The notes under the pieces are model-generated. The model saw nothing but the letters and a program-made list of their open reading frames with translations. It searched no databases and was not told the DNA's origin. A stretch of 63,877 nucleotides of DNA, the filler included, from Lenisia limosa (lineage: Eukaryota; Protista; Breviatea): the NCBI GenBank assembly GCA_001655205.1. It is 18 parts of 18 records of this genome, joined end to end, with 100 filler letters (N's around TTAATTAATTAA, not from the genome) between each part and the next. Parts side by side here need not be neighbours in the genome. Positions count along the whole stretch, not along the records: positions 1 to 3,907 come from LPNZ01009824.1; positions 4,008 to 9,389 come from LPNZ01008311.1; positions 9,490 to 11,803 come from LPNZ01010047.1; 15 more parts are not named here. One strand, written 5' to 3'. Positions 1 to 11,529 of this stretch are shown piece by piece (the first letter of the stretch is position 1; each line of letters opens with the position of its first letter). Both the position numbers and the translations under genes were made by a program.

Positions 1-2290
1 GGTTGAACCCTCCTTGCATGCCATTGACCAACGGGGCCAAATGGGGAGGAAGAATTGGACCGTCAAGAGAAGGACTGATTGAAGAAGGTACCCCCACAGG
101 GAGGAGATTGGGGGAGTGGCTTAGGCCGGGAGAAGCGGACATCTGAAGCTGGTTAATGAGAAAGTTAATGTGAGTTTTAGGAAAATCCTTGCTGTATTCA
201 TTGTCTATTTTTAAGTGGAGCCCTGATACCTGCTGAGGGAGAAGAGACAAGCTCGGGGACTGGCCCATTGCCCCGGTCACTGGTAAATTGGTATTGCGCC
301 GCGCAGTTGGAGGTGTGATGTTGGGCGAGGAAAGCGGGGACAAAAAGGAGACGTTGGGAGGCTGGATAAACGGTAAAAAAACGGATATTTCAAGCACACG
401 ATTGGTTTAAANNNNNNNNNNNNNNNNNNNNNNNNNNNNNNNNNNNNNNNNNNNNNNNNNNNNNNNNNNNNNNNNNNNNNNNNNNNNNNNNNNNNNNNNN
501 NNNNNNNNNNNNNNNNNNNNNNNNNNNNNNNNNNNNNNNNNNNNNNNNNNNNNNGAAAAGAGACCAGAAGAAAACAACTAGGGCTTCATTTAGGTTCAAA
601 AAAAGACTAATTTCTCAGTCTTTTTTCGAATCGAAGTGAAGCCCTAGACATATGCTCACCTGGAGGAATGTTGGGGATATAAGTTCGGAAGGATGCATGG
701 GAGGGAGCGAGATGGGAAGACTGTCCATTATCTGAAACAGTAAAACACGATCTGTCAGCCTTTTGAGCTCGCTTGGTAAAACTTGGTTTTGAGAAAAGGT
801 CGGTTTGAGATTTTTGGTGACGGATCAATGGAGACCAAACAAAGAGAATTGTGGACACAGTTTAGAGAACACCAAATGACAAGACAGCCACCACTCACCG
901 AAATAGTGCAATCTTCCGGTTCCATTTCGCTGGAGGTGGGCTTCCTTCTTCGTTTCGCGATTCTCTTTTCTCGAACGGGCTGGAACAGTAAGTGGTTCCA
1001 AAAATTTTCAAAAAAAAAAACTGTGGAATACAAATAGTTGACTAGCGAAGAATGAGCTTGTGAACACGTATCCATGCACTGCTCCCAACCCACTCCCTCT
1101 TCAGTCACTTCTGCGGGATCTTCGGCGGAATTATGAAATCCCGCCAAATAATAATCCAACGACATTCAGTGGTCAATACATACCCCTCACCTCAGCAAGA
1201 GAGTCAACAACCCTTCGACGAGGCATCGGCTTGGGTGGGGACACCAAGAAAAGCCGTCCAAGCGCTGGGGGTGGGTGTCAAGGAAATCTTACGGTTCTCA
1301 CATGAGGATTCTTCTTGTTGTTACTATTAGTATTATTCACAGTTTTATGTATTATCATTACTGCTCTCCTGCAAAGAGCTATCCGGCATACAGCCACTAA
1401 GCTTCCACATCTTGCCGCATTTTGTAGTAGCTTCATTCATTGCACCACGGGCGGTAGAGAATGGCTCCGATATNNNNNNNNNNNNNNNNNNNNNNNNNNN
1501 NNNNNNNNNNNNNNNNNNNNNNNNNNNNNNNNNNNNNNNNNNNNNNNNNNNNNNNNNNNNNNNNNNNNNNNNNNNNNNNNNNNNNNNNNNNNNNNNNNNN
1601 NNNNNNNNNNNNNAAAGCAAAGCAAAGAAAATGCCTCTAGTATCCATTTCCTCACCAAGATCAATGTGGAATTCTGAGAGGTAGGGGAGACTGAATGCCT
1701 GTCGCCAAGAGTCAGATGTCGGCTCGAAGATCAAACACTAATCAGAATAAGTATAACGCGAGAGGGACAAGGTTTAACAAAGGGAAGTGCGAAAAGAATA
1801 GAGATAGGTACAGTTGCTCTGACACTAATCGAACATAGCCCTTCTATCACAGTTTAAACAGATGAAATATCATTTAAACGCCAGAATAGAAGCTTAGTCA
1901 AGCCTACTCTGAAAAAAACGTCACCTTTTCCATCTCCGCTTTCAATGATGACGTACTTCGATGCCACAAGAGTCAAGACTAAAGGTAATTAGTTCCAAGT
2001 ATCGACGTAAAGCCAGATAGACTGTGAGTTGACTGAAGCCTGAGAAGTCACATCAATCTGCATAAAAGCGTTGTAATATGGTTATAGAAACAACCCTGAC
2101 TCGAAATATTGAAACCGAGAGGAAATACCCTGACACCTGGCATTTTCAAGGAAAATAGAGTGAATATCAGCCAGCAGGCACAATAGATCCTTCCTAATCT
2201 CACCTTGACGCCCAATGAATGTGTCCATTGGCTCCTTGGCCAGTGGAGGAACATGCTTTCCAATAGAACATACAGAACTTGGACTTGCGT
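1..2290 (-). CDS. Multi-exon hypothetical protein, partial (runs off window start)
   Basis: GT-AG bounded exons read by eye: ~228-362 PPNVSFLSPLSSPNITPPTARR, ~661-733 DNGQSSHLAPSHASF, ~896-980 PVREKRIAKRRRKP, ~2200-2260 HVPPLAKEPMDTFIGRQ. No family recognised. Confidence 0.55.
579..646. mobile_element. Family B MITE, minimal hairpin copy
   Basis: TAGGGCTTCATTTAGGTTCAAAAAAAGACT and its near-complement AGTCTTTTTTCGAATCGAAGTGAAGCCCTA, separated by only a few nt, just inside a minus-strand donor. Confidence 0.8.
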
Positions 2291-2821
2291 AAAGAATTGT
2301 GGTACTATACTTGTCTTTGGGGATCAATATCCCGCTGAAGAGCATCTTCCAAAAGATTTCTAAAGAAATTATTAGTGAAACTAATGTCACATATAAGAAA
2401 AGTATATACACAATCTAAGATATTGGGGAGCGGATAAAGGGCAATCATCCACATGAGCAACTGAAGTACTGCGTCATTTGAGAAAAGCACGCACAAAATG
2501 CTGCAATACCTACATATATTCCTTTGCATCAGCCTGAGCCAGCTATCAATGGAAAAATCGAGTCCAAAAAATGGGTATTTCCTGGGCTTGCAATTGAAAT
2601 ACTTTTTCAATTATTTAAGCAATATAATTACAAAATTGGTGCAATATACCACTACTTTGCTGATATCTAGCCTAAATTCCTAAAATCTTGAATCAAATAC
2701 TGGATCAAAAACCGATTCCAAACCAGAAGACGGTACGGTAGTGTCTTGATCACCCGCTTTTTATTTCTCCTGCTGTCCCTCCCGGTATATTTTGTAGATT
2801 TTGTTTGTAGTTTAAATTACA

Positions 2822-3907
2822 ATGGAAACCAATAATGAAGTCTTTCAAATACGAAAAGAGGGTATCCTCAAGACATGGGGAAGCCTTCGCTTTCGCTATG
2901 CTATCTTGATTTTAACTGCCCCACTACCATCTTTCTTTTGGACAACGCTGTTTCAACATATTTTTGGATTTCCGCAGATCTTGGTTTGTGATTTGTGGCA
3001 TACTGCCTTCTCCCTCTTTTCCTTACCAATCATAGGAGTCTGTTACGGCTGAATTGATCATAGGTGTTCTTGGTTTTGTCCTCTACCTCTTCAGCTACAT
3101 CCTCTTCCTCCTTCTCCCCGTCAAAGGAAGGTCACACCGGCTATATTTTTGGTGGTCAAGTGCAGTCATGTTCTTCTGTGCTGCCTTTACCCGCAAAGGG
3201 CTGGACCCACTGATGTGGCTTGTGGCGTTTAGTGCGGTTTATGCCCAGCTCTATATCATTTTAAAAGGTCGGTATCAGTGACTTTTATGCTTTCATCTGC
3301 GTTAATTTCATAATGTTTTTTTGTCACTGCTTTGCTTCTTGCACACACTAACATTATTTGTTTTGGTGTTAATAAGGTTGAAATATTTGTGTTTTTTTTT
3401 AGATCTTGAAAAAGCCGAGTTGAAATGGAGTTGTGATATGATGTTATGCATGATGCTGGATGACGAATTTTTTTTTTTTTTGTTCTTTTTTTTCTTCATT
3501 GATGTTNNNNNNNNNNNNNNNNNNNNNNNNNNNNNNNNNNNNNNNNNNNNNNNNNNNNNNNNNNNNNNNNNNATGTTATTGTTGAGGTGTTTTTTTTTGC
3601 GTGCGTTTTGTATTTTTGTTTTTTGATATTTTTCCCTGACAGGTTCTGCATGTGCGTCTTTATCTCTTTAGGAGCTGGTCGCTACAACCATCGCCCTGTG
3701 GACCAAGCTAAAATGGTGTGGGCACAGTCATCTTTCAGAGTGGGTGGTCAGAGCTACATTGGATTGACATTGTGATGACGGGAGACTCTATTATCTTCAA
3801 GGTATTCTTGCACCCTGGGCGTCGTATGATGCTCGCTGGTTTTATTGCATTCCTCGCAGTTCTTCCCTACCTGGCTTGGCCCATGGTGTTTGTGGGGCGA
3901 TTCCCCC
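2822..3907 (+). CDS. Multi-pass membrane protein, 3' partial
   Basis: ATG 2822; a canonical ~50-nt intron joins FPQIL to ESVTAELIIGVLGFVLYLFSYILF. Later exons GAGRYNHRPVDQAKM and MMLAGFIAFLAVLPYLAWPMVF; several hydrophobic helices. Confidence 0.65.
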
Positions 3908-3951
3908 NNNNNNNNNNNNNNNNNNNNNNNNNNNNNNNNNNNNNNNNNNNN

Positions 3952-3963
3952 TTAATTAATTAA
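3952..3963. other. Artificial scaffold spacer N44-TTAATTAATTAA-N44 (first of 17)
   Basis: Identical ~100-nt spacer with the 12-mer also at 9434, 11848, 15266, 17972, 22775, 33253, 34429, 35894, 37431, 41365, 44464, 52332, 53742, 56321, 60475, 62319. Confidence 0.97.
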
Positions 3964-4039
3964 NNNNNNNNNNNNNNNNNNNNNNNNNNNNNNNNNNNNN
4001 NNNNNNNGATATATGAAAATCAGCACCCCCCCCCCTCAC

Positions 4040-7000
4040 ATCAGTCAGCTGGGTCGTGGCCTCGGAGACTGCCGAGTTGTCGTCCTTAATACTCTCGACC
4101 GCCGTGACGAGGTCCTAAGGGGGGATGAAAAGAGGAAATTTATGAAGGTACAATTGGAAAATATCTGAATAATGGAAAACTTGAAACAATAAAAAAATAA
4201 GAGATATTGGATAGTATAATATTAATTTACCCAATCATTTGCCTTACAACTCTAAACACAAANNNNNNNNNNNNNNNNNNNNNNNNNNNNNNNNNNNNNN
4301 NNNNNNNNNNNNNNNNNNNNNNNNNNNNNNNNNNNNNNNNNNNNNNNNNNNNNNNNNNNNNNNNNNNNNNNNNNNNNNNTCAGTGTATATAATAGAGTAA
4401 TATATCATAATATATGTATAATACAAATGTAGTAAAGCAACAACACCCTCCCCTACTCTGACACAGGAAGTCACATTTCTGGAGTTCTTAGCCAGGTCAG
4501 TCTGTAGGGCGGATTTGTCGTTTGTGAACGGCATTTGACTGATCGCAGCAAGCATAGGCGTGAAGCTCTGGGCCAGGCCTGGGGGAGGGGGGTAAATAGG
4601 AAAATTTGTGAAAACACACACGCATAACAAAAGTAAAAACAGAATCCCCCCTTTGGACTTCATTTCGGTTCAAAAAAGATTGAATATCGAGATAAACCCT
4701 CTAAAACTACCAATATTTTAACGGTCTTTTTCGAACCGCCGTGGAGCACTATTCCCTACCCCTATTTTGCCATGTAAGGACNNNNNNNNNNNNNNNNNNN
4801 NNNNNNNNNNNNNNNNNNNNNNNNNNNNNNNNNNNNNNNNNNNNNNNNNNNNNNNNNNNNNNNNNNNNNNNNNNNNNNNNNNNNNNNNNNNNNNNNNNNN
4901 NNNNNNNNNNCTAAAAAAAAAACACACACACACAAACAAAATAATAATAATAATAATAAAAACGGAATGCTAACCGTCTAATGCACCCCCCCTTCTGACC
5001 GTCCACATGAGAAGAGAACTCGGGGTTTGACAGGAGAGCGGCAAAAGCGTCGGAAACAGCGCCGGAGAATGAGGAGAGTGTTTCGGCCTGATGGGCTTGG
5101 GAGCAGGACGCAAGGTTGTTGAGCTGGAAAATTAAAATTAAGGAAACAATTAAAGCCCAAAATGGTTAAACTAGATTTCTAATTTGTATTTTTTCTCTTA
5201 AAAAAAATAAAATAAAAAAAATATATATAAAAAAAAACTAAGGGTAAAATAGTAAATTAAAAACAATAGTAAGCAAGGTTGTTAGTTAAGCTGGTAAATT
5301 AAAATAAGGAAACAAATAAGCCCAAAATCAACTCTGTTGGCTGACAAAACATGAAGGTTGAAGGAATATTGGGCTGTAAACAATACAGTATTCCTTCACC
5401 AATATTCCTTGAACCACCCAACCCAATATCCTTACAGCAATAACTAGTTTCGTATTTCTTACACAAACTAAAAGTAAAATATCCCATGCATAAACAAAAA
5501 GAAGAAGAATAATATTCTTACACCAAACTAAAAGCATAATATTCCTGAAACTAAATGAAAAATACCAACCTGAGCCGCCATGGAGGCGAGGGACTTGGTT
5601 TCAATGACGATGGCGCGCGTCGACGCAACGGAATCGGCAGGAATGCGCGTNNNNNNNNNNNNNNNNNNNNNNNNNNNNNNNNNNNNNNNNNNNNNNNNNN
5701 NNNNNNNNNNNNNNNNNNNNNNNNNNNNNNNNNNNNNNCAAAATCAACTCTGTTGGCTGACAACACATGAGGGATAGAGATCAGAGCCCTTTCCACCTCA
5801 GCTTCCTTGAGGCTTGCCTTGAGTGCGGCGTCACCTTCGACAGCCTCGTCCAAAGCCTGAAGAAGGGGTTATAATAATAAAGGAAAAGGGGCTGAAGAAG
5901 GGGTTATATTAAAGGTAAGGCCTAATAAGGGTTATTAAAAGGTAAAAAGGGCGTTGAAAATAAAAGGTAGAAAAGACAACAAGGAAAAGGGGTGAAGAGG
6001 GGTTAACACGACTATAAGGAGACGTCATTTGGCTGAAAGGGTCGTTACAGCAAGTCAAAAGGGATTATTAAAACTGAACAAGAAGTTAAATAGTCCCCCC
6101 TCCCCCACGTCATTGAAAGTCTTCAAGGTAGTGCCAAGCTCAAGATGCGACTGTTCACTTGACAGGACGCTCTGAAGGATTAGGGGGATTACGCGAAAGT
6201 ATGGTAATTTGCTTATGTTACCCCTTTGTTTCCTTAGAGATCTAATGTAATATATTATTTCTCTTTTTCAAAAAAACAAAATAAAAGGAGGGGAATGAGG
6301 GTTGTTATTATGGATTATATTTTCCATTTGCAAATCTATCAAAAAAACAAAATACAAAATAAAAACACTAAACACCTGTGTGGTAAAGCACTAATTGTAA
6401 TATAATTGCTATCCCTCCCCCACCTGCATATGACCAACAGCCAGTTCGCAGGTTTGGGCCAGTTCGGTTGCTGTCCTGTTAACGCGTTGAAGGATACTGG
6501 CGTCGAGATGCGGGGCGGAACTGAGAACGCTGTAGAGGTTTTGTACCTGCCGGGTGAAATTGAAAAACAACAAAAAGAAGCTTAAATGCAGTAGTGTGTT
6601 TAATGATAGTTTTATTTCAGTTAAAAAAAGGACAGACAGCGATAAAATTTTTAAAAAAATTATGAAAAAAGCCACCTTATGCATGCCCATGATGGTGTTT
6701 CTATTTTTTACATGAACAGGGAGTGTTGTTTCTATCCTTTGCATGCACCATCTTGGACCCCCCTCTGACCTCTTCGGCCATCTTGGTAGAGGCATCCGCA
6801 TAACCTTCCTTATCTCCTGCAGCCAGGTCGAAGCAGGCTTGGAGGGACTGGGGAGGGGGGTGAAATTGGAAAATTTCTGAAATAAAAAGCCCAAATCAAC
6901 TCTGTTGACTCGACACACGAGGGTTGATAACAACANNNNNNNNNNNNNNNNNNNNNNNNNNNNNTCCTTACCTTGGCGTGTTTCCTCAAGACGTCGACAA

Positions 7001-10000
7001 ATACAGGTACGGACGTGAACGAGGCATCGATAATGGAGTCGCCAGAGAAGAGGGCCAGGGCACCCAGGTCGGTAATGACCTAATATGGTAAGTTGACGGG
7101 TTTCCTATTTGGGAAGCCGTGGCTGCTTCATGGTAATTCTATAATATATAAGATATGAGTGCGATTACTTTGNNNNNNNNNNNNNNNNNNNNNNNNNNNN
7201 NNNNNNNNNNNNNNNNNNNNNNNNNNNNNNNNNNNNNNNNNNNNNNNNNNNNNNNNNNNNNNNNNNNNNNNNNNNNNNNNNNNNNNNNNNNNNNNNNNNN
7301 NNNNNNNNNNNNNNNNNNNNNNNNNNNNNNNNNNNNNNNNNCACTTCAGCCATGCTGTCACGAGCGGTGGCGCAGGTTCTGAGACCCACCGCGCCGTGAG
7401 CAATGAGAGAGGAGACGGAGTTCGCCTAAAATCGTAAATTGCAGGACTCAATGAAATATATCAGAAATAGTTATAATAACAACACAAAGTGGGGTGGTAG
7501 TAAAAATATTTTAAAAAAATCAATAAATTTGCCCCAAAGATAGACCTCTCCCACTTCAGTGATAATAGCAGAGAACTTGTTCGGAATTTCAGCCTTCTTC
7601 TCAGCATCGGAATTGGCCAGGGCCTGGAGGGGGGGGGGTAAATTGGAAAATTTAAAAACAAAAAATTAAGCACAAAATCAACTCTTTTGGCTAACAACAC
7701 ACGAGGGTTGATACACAAAACATACAAAGCTCAGGCCAGTCGCTTCTGCAGCAACGCATCCCATCAAAATTGGCAAATTTACAAAAAAAAAAAAGCCCAA
7801 ATACGCCATACATAATTAACATATAGACAGAGCATCCCACACACCTGGTGAGAATGGACAAGGGTGTCTACCACGGCCTGGGACAGGGCCTTGAGAGCTG
7901 GAACAAAGGCACCGTCAGCCTGGATCGAACAGATCTCCGAGAAGAGAATGAAAATCTTCTTAGTCTGAATGCAGTGAGTTAGGGTGACTGGGGGTATCTT
8001 TTCGAGTCTATAACTAACATAATTTCACGATAGCACCATGATAAGTATATGTACTTGGACCACACCATTATTCTGCTACTCCAGTCATAAATTATTGTGT
8101 TTTTGTTTCATTTTTGATTCAAACATATTGTAATTGTCTACTTCACCGCCCTCTCACCTGGTCAGCAGCACTGAGCAGATCGCGAGGGAAGGTCACGTCT
8201 TCAACCTAGCAAACGGTGAGGTAAAATTCGAATTTGTTATTACCTCACAATCTCTCCAAGTGAGATGATTTGGGCTTTTCATNNNNNNNNNNNNNNNNNN
8301 NNNNNNNNNNNNNNNNNNNNNNNNNNNNNNNNNNNNNNNNNNNNNNNNNNNNNNNNNNNNNNNNNNNNNNNNNNNNNNNNNNNNNNNNNNNNNNNNNNNN
8401 NNNNNGAGAGCATAGAACACAATTCGGTGATGAAGAGTTCGGCCTGGGTCGCCACCACAAAGAACTGTCGCTTCTGTCGGGGTGATTAGAGGGGGTTTAA
8501 ATTTCTGTAAAAAAATAGACCCTGTTTTTTTTGGATAAACACCATGTTCAAAAACAACACCACCCTACGCTGGGTGTTGAGCCGAACGTTGGCAGCATTG
8601 ACTTAAGAGGCTCAATAGCAGCGGCAATGTCGCTAACAACATCACCGCCTTCACGGCAGCCGCGGATGGCCTTGTCAAACTGGGCTGAAAGATCTTTGGT
8701 ACGCGAGGCAAAGGTGGCTGAAGTTTCCTAATATGTTAAGTCGCAGGCCCAAATATAGAAGGTACCAAATATGGCAAGTCAGTGGTGTCATCTAAAATCA
8801 ATCCACTTTTTGAGGGTTTTGCATTTGAATGTAAGGATTTTGGGGCTCTTAAGATGGCAATTGTTTTGTCTGCCAATAATATGACTACTCACTCCTCTTC
8901 CAACCTGGGAAGATGGCAAGAGGGAGGCCAGGCGCACAAACTGCAGGATATCGGCCAAACCTTCAAGACAGTCCTGTGGGAAATTTCGATGAATATTGGC
9001 GTAAACGGTGAAATTGGACAATTTATGAAGCAAAAAAGCCCAGAATCAACTCTGTTAGCTGACAACACACAAGGGTTCAAACAAAGCTAAGGCCAGTCGC
9101 TTTGGGAGGTAGAGTTCAAACAAAGGGAGAGGGATAGAAAACATTATACGATATCGTATACTAATAACTAAGAATGGGGATACAAAGAATGCAATCTTCC
9201 CTGCAACCAACCTTGACAGCGTTACCAAGCTCTGTCGTGTTCTTCTGCAGCATATGCGGGAGAATGGTCACGGCAGATTTGAGCGGTTCAAGCAGGGCTG
9301 GGACCTCTTCCAGTAAAGTGGACTGCAGTTTGAGGGTCAACAGGCTGTTCTGCATGCCGGAAAGGGACGCGATAAACTGGGGGGGGGGGNNNNNNNNNNN
9401 NNNNNNNNNNNNNNNNNNNNNNNNNNNNNNNNNTTAATTAATTAANNNNNNNNNNNNNNNNNNNNNNNNNNNNNNNNNNNNNNNNNNNNCTTGAAGAGTG
9501 TTGGGGTGAAGCGATTGGGCTGTGGAAGGGCCAAGGGATGGAACGTCCACTGAATTTACCGAGGGAGCGACCGGGGGATGTGAGGGCCCGAGCGAAGGCG
9601 ATGTCTTATGAGGGGATGACTCGAAACTGGTGCGACTGTGAATACTGGCAGGTACGTTGCGACTGGGGGGAGGGGGTGGTGAGAAAAATTGGAAAACTTG
9701 AAACAAAAAAGCCCAAAATAAACTCTGTTGGCGGCTGAACATTAATCTTTTAAACAGGATCCGTTTCAATCAAAAAAACATGACCAATGCACGCCCATAT
9801 TGCATCCTATCGCTTATCCCCTCTCCACCTAGGAATCCTGGCAGGTGGTGGCGTATGCACAGACGCCATAAGCAGGTCAACAGACTGCAGGATTGTAGGG
9901 TGCAGCACGCATTCCAACGTGTCAACCTGGGGGGAGGTGAGGCTTTTGTGTGGCGGTACTATTGAATATATCATATGTGTCTCTTTAGCATACAGGAAGC

Positions 10001-11289
10001 AAGTCATATCAACAGGAAGAAACTCACAACGTACCCACCCCCCCGAACATGGGCAAAGGCGATTGTGTCGCACGCTTGTTGTGTCGGAACTGAGGCGCCT
10101 GCTATAAGGGGGATTGAATGTATGGACACTTTAGCTCGATTCTCCAAAATGTATAATGACAAAGGATCAAGGCCTCTATCCACACCATCACGCTCATCAT
10201 ATATCACAGAAATGAATTCTTTCAGAAGAATGTAAATGAAAGCGAAACCAGTTGAAATAGATATAAAGAATGGACGAAAAACACAGCATTTAAGCTCCCA
10301 AAACACAGCATTTAAGCTCAAAAAAAGGGATAAAAGGTCCTCTTTGACCGCCGAGNNNNNNNNNNNNNNNNNNNNNNNNNNNNNNNNNNNNNNNNNNNNN
10401 NNNNNNNNNNNNNNNNNNNNNNNNNNNNNNNNNNNNNNNNNNNNNNNNNNNNNNNNNNNNNNNNNNNNNNNNNNNNNNNNNNNNNNNNNNNNNNNNNNNN
10501 NNNNNNNNNNTCAATTGAAACGACCCCCCCTTCCCCTCACTCGCAGGTTGAGGTTGGCGAAGGCGATGACAGAGTCTTGAGGCGCAAGTGTAGGCAAATG
10601 TGCCAGGGAATTTGCGGCGGATATGAGCCTAGGGATGTAAGAGAACTGCCTTAGAGAAGTGAGAAATGACGCAGTCCCCATCATCTTGTTATCCTCGCAT
10701 CATATTCTTGTATTTGAAGAAATTAATTGATAAAATTTGAAATTAAAGTGTCTGAAATGGAGTTCACATGACAATAGGTCTCACGTCAAATTTGGCACAG
10801 AGCCTTAGTAATAAGGAACATTAGCCATATAGCAAATGAGAGAAACTACTTAGTGTGTACAACAATATCCCCCAATATTTGATAAGACAACATCACCTCC
10901 CTACTTGTGATTGGGGTCAAGGATGTTGACACAACCTCCGTCAAGCTTGAGAGAGAAGCTGGTTTTAACAAGTCGAGGCAACGACTGCGGGGAGGCCTGG
11001 CAGGAGTGAAAGAAGTGAGAGGGCAGTAGAATTGGAAAATTTATGAAACAAAAACAAAAAAGCCCAAATCAANNNNNNNNNNNNNNNNNNNNNNNNNNNN
11101 NNNNNNNNNNNNNNNNNNNNNNNNNNNNNNNNNNNNNNNNNNNNNNNNNNNNNNNNNNNNNNNNNNNNNNNNNNNNNNNNNNNNNNNNNNNNNNNNNNNN
11201 NNNNNNNNNNNNNNNNNNNNNNNNNNNNNNNNNNNNNNNNNNNNNNNNNNCCGGAGAGAACGGCCGAAAAGTCCACTGACATCTACCAT
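4040..11289 (-). CDS. Long alpha-helical rod protein (talin/vinculin-like composition), ~18 exons, 3' partial
   Basis: Amphipathic Ala/Leu-rich exons, e.g. LQSTLLEEVPALLEPLKSAVTILPHMLQKNTTELGNAVK (~9190-9375), ETSATFASRTKDLSAQFDKAIRGC (~8570-8725), SLQACFDLAAGDKEGYADASTKMAEEV (~6750-6847), DLVTAVESIKDDNSAVSEATTQLTD (4040-4114). Start at 11289 and continuity across the 9434 spacer are inferred; family assignment is weak. Confidence 0.55.
7624..7752 (-). repeat. Family A intron repeat, near full length, ending at the 3' splice site
   Basis: Reverse complement reads GCTGCAGAAGCGACTGGCCTGAGCTTTG...TCAACCCTCGTGTGTTGTTAGCCAAAAGAGTTGATTTTGTGC...AAATTTTCCAATTTA, then a C-run and TCCAG|exon. Other copies or fragments at ~4579, 5318, 5739, 6848, 9011, 9663, 10997, 23261, 27078, 35811, 37015, 62766, 63523. 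Confidence 0.85.
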
Positions 11290-11529
11290 GGATAAGTTCA
11301 GTTCAGTTCAGTTCAGTCAATACACTATGTATTACTAAGGACTCATAAAATATTCTTTTGATGGTGAAAATCAATAAAGAGGAAATTGTTAGGTAATAGT
11401 CTCATCATTTAAGCAAAATGTATTATCTTTTTAAAACTAAAGACTTCTAATTTTTACCCTTGATTGAGGAAAACACACACAAAAACAACACAAGACTCTT
11501 TTCAGTCGCAAATTCCCCCCCTCACCATT

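Noticed and set aside
3026-3062. Possible GA-AG intron between ATCATAGG direct repeats
   Set aside because: A canonical ~50-nt GT-AG intron upstream (ending 3034) restores the frame without it.
3716-3738. 23-nt mini-intron
   Set aside because: It restores the frame, but a 38-nt alternative does too; other introns are about 50 nt or longer. Unresolvable without RNA-seq.
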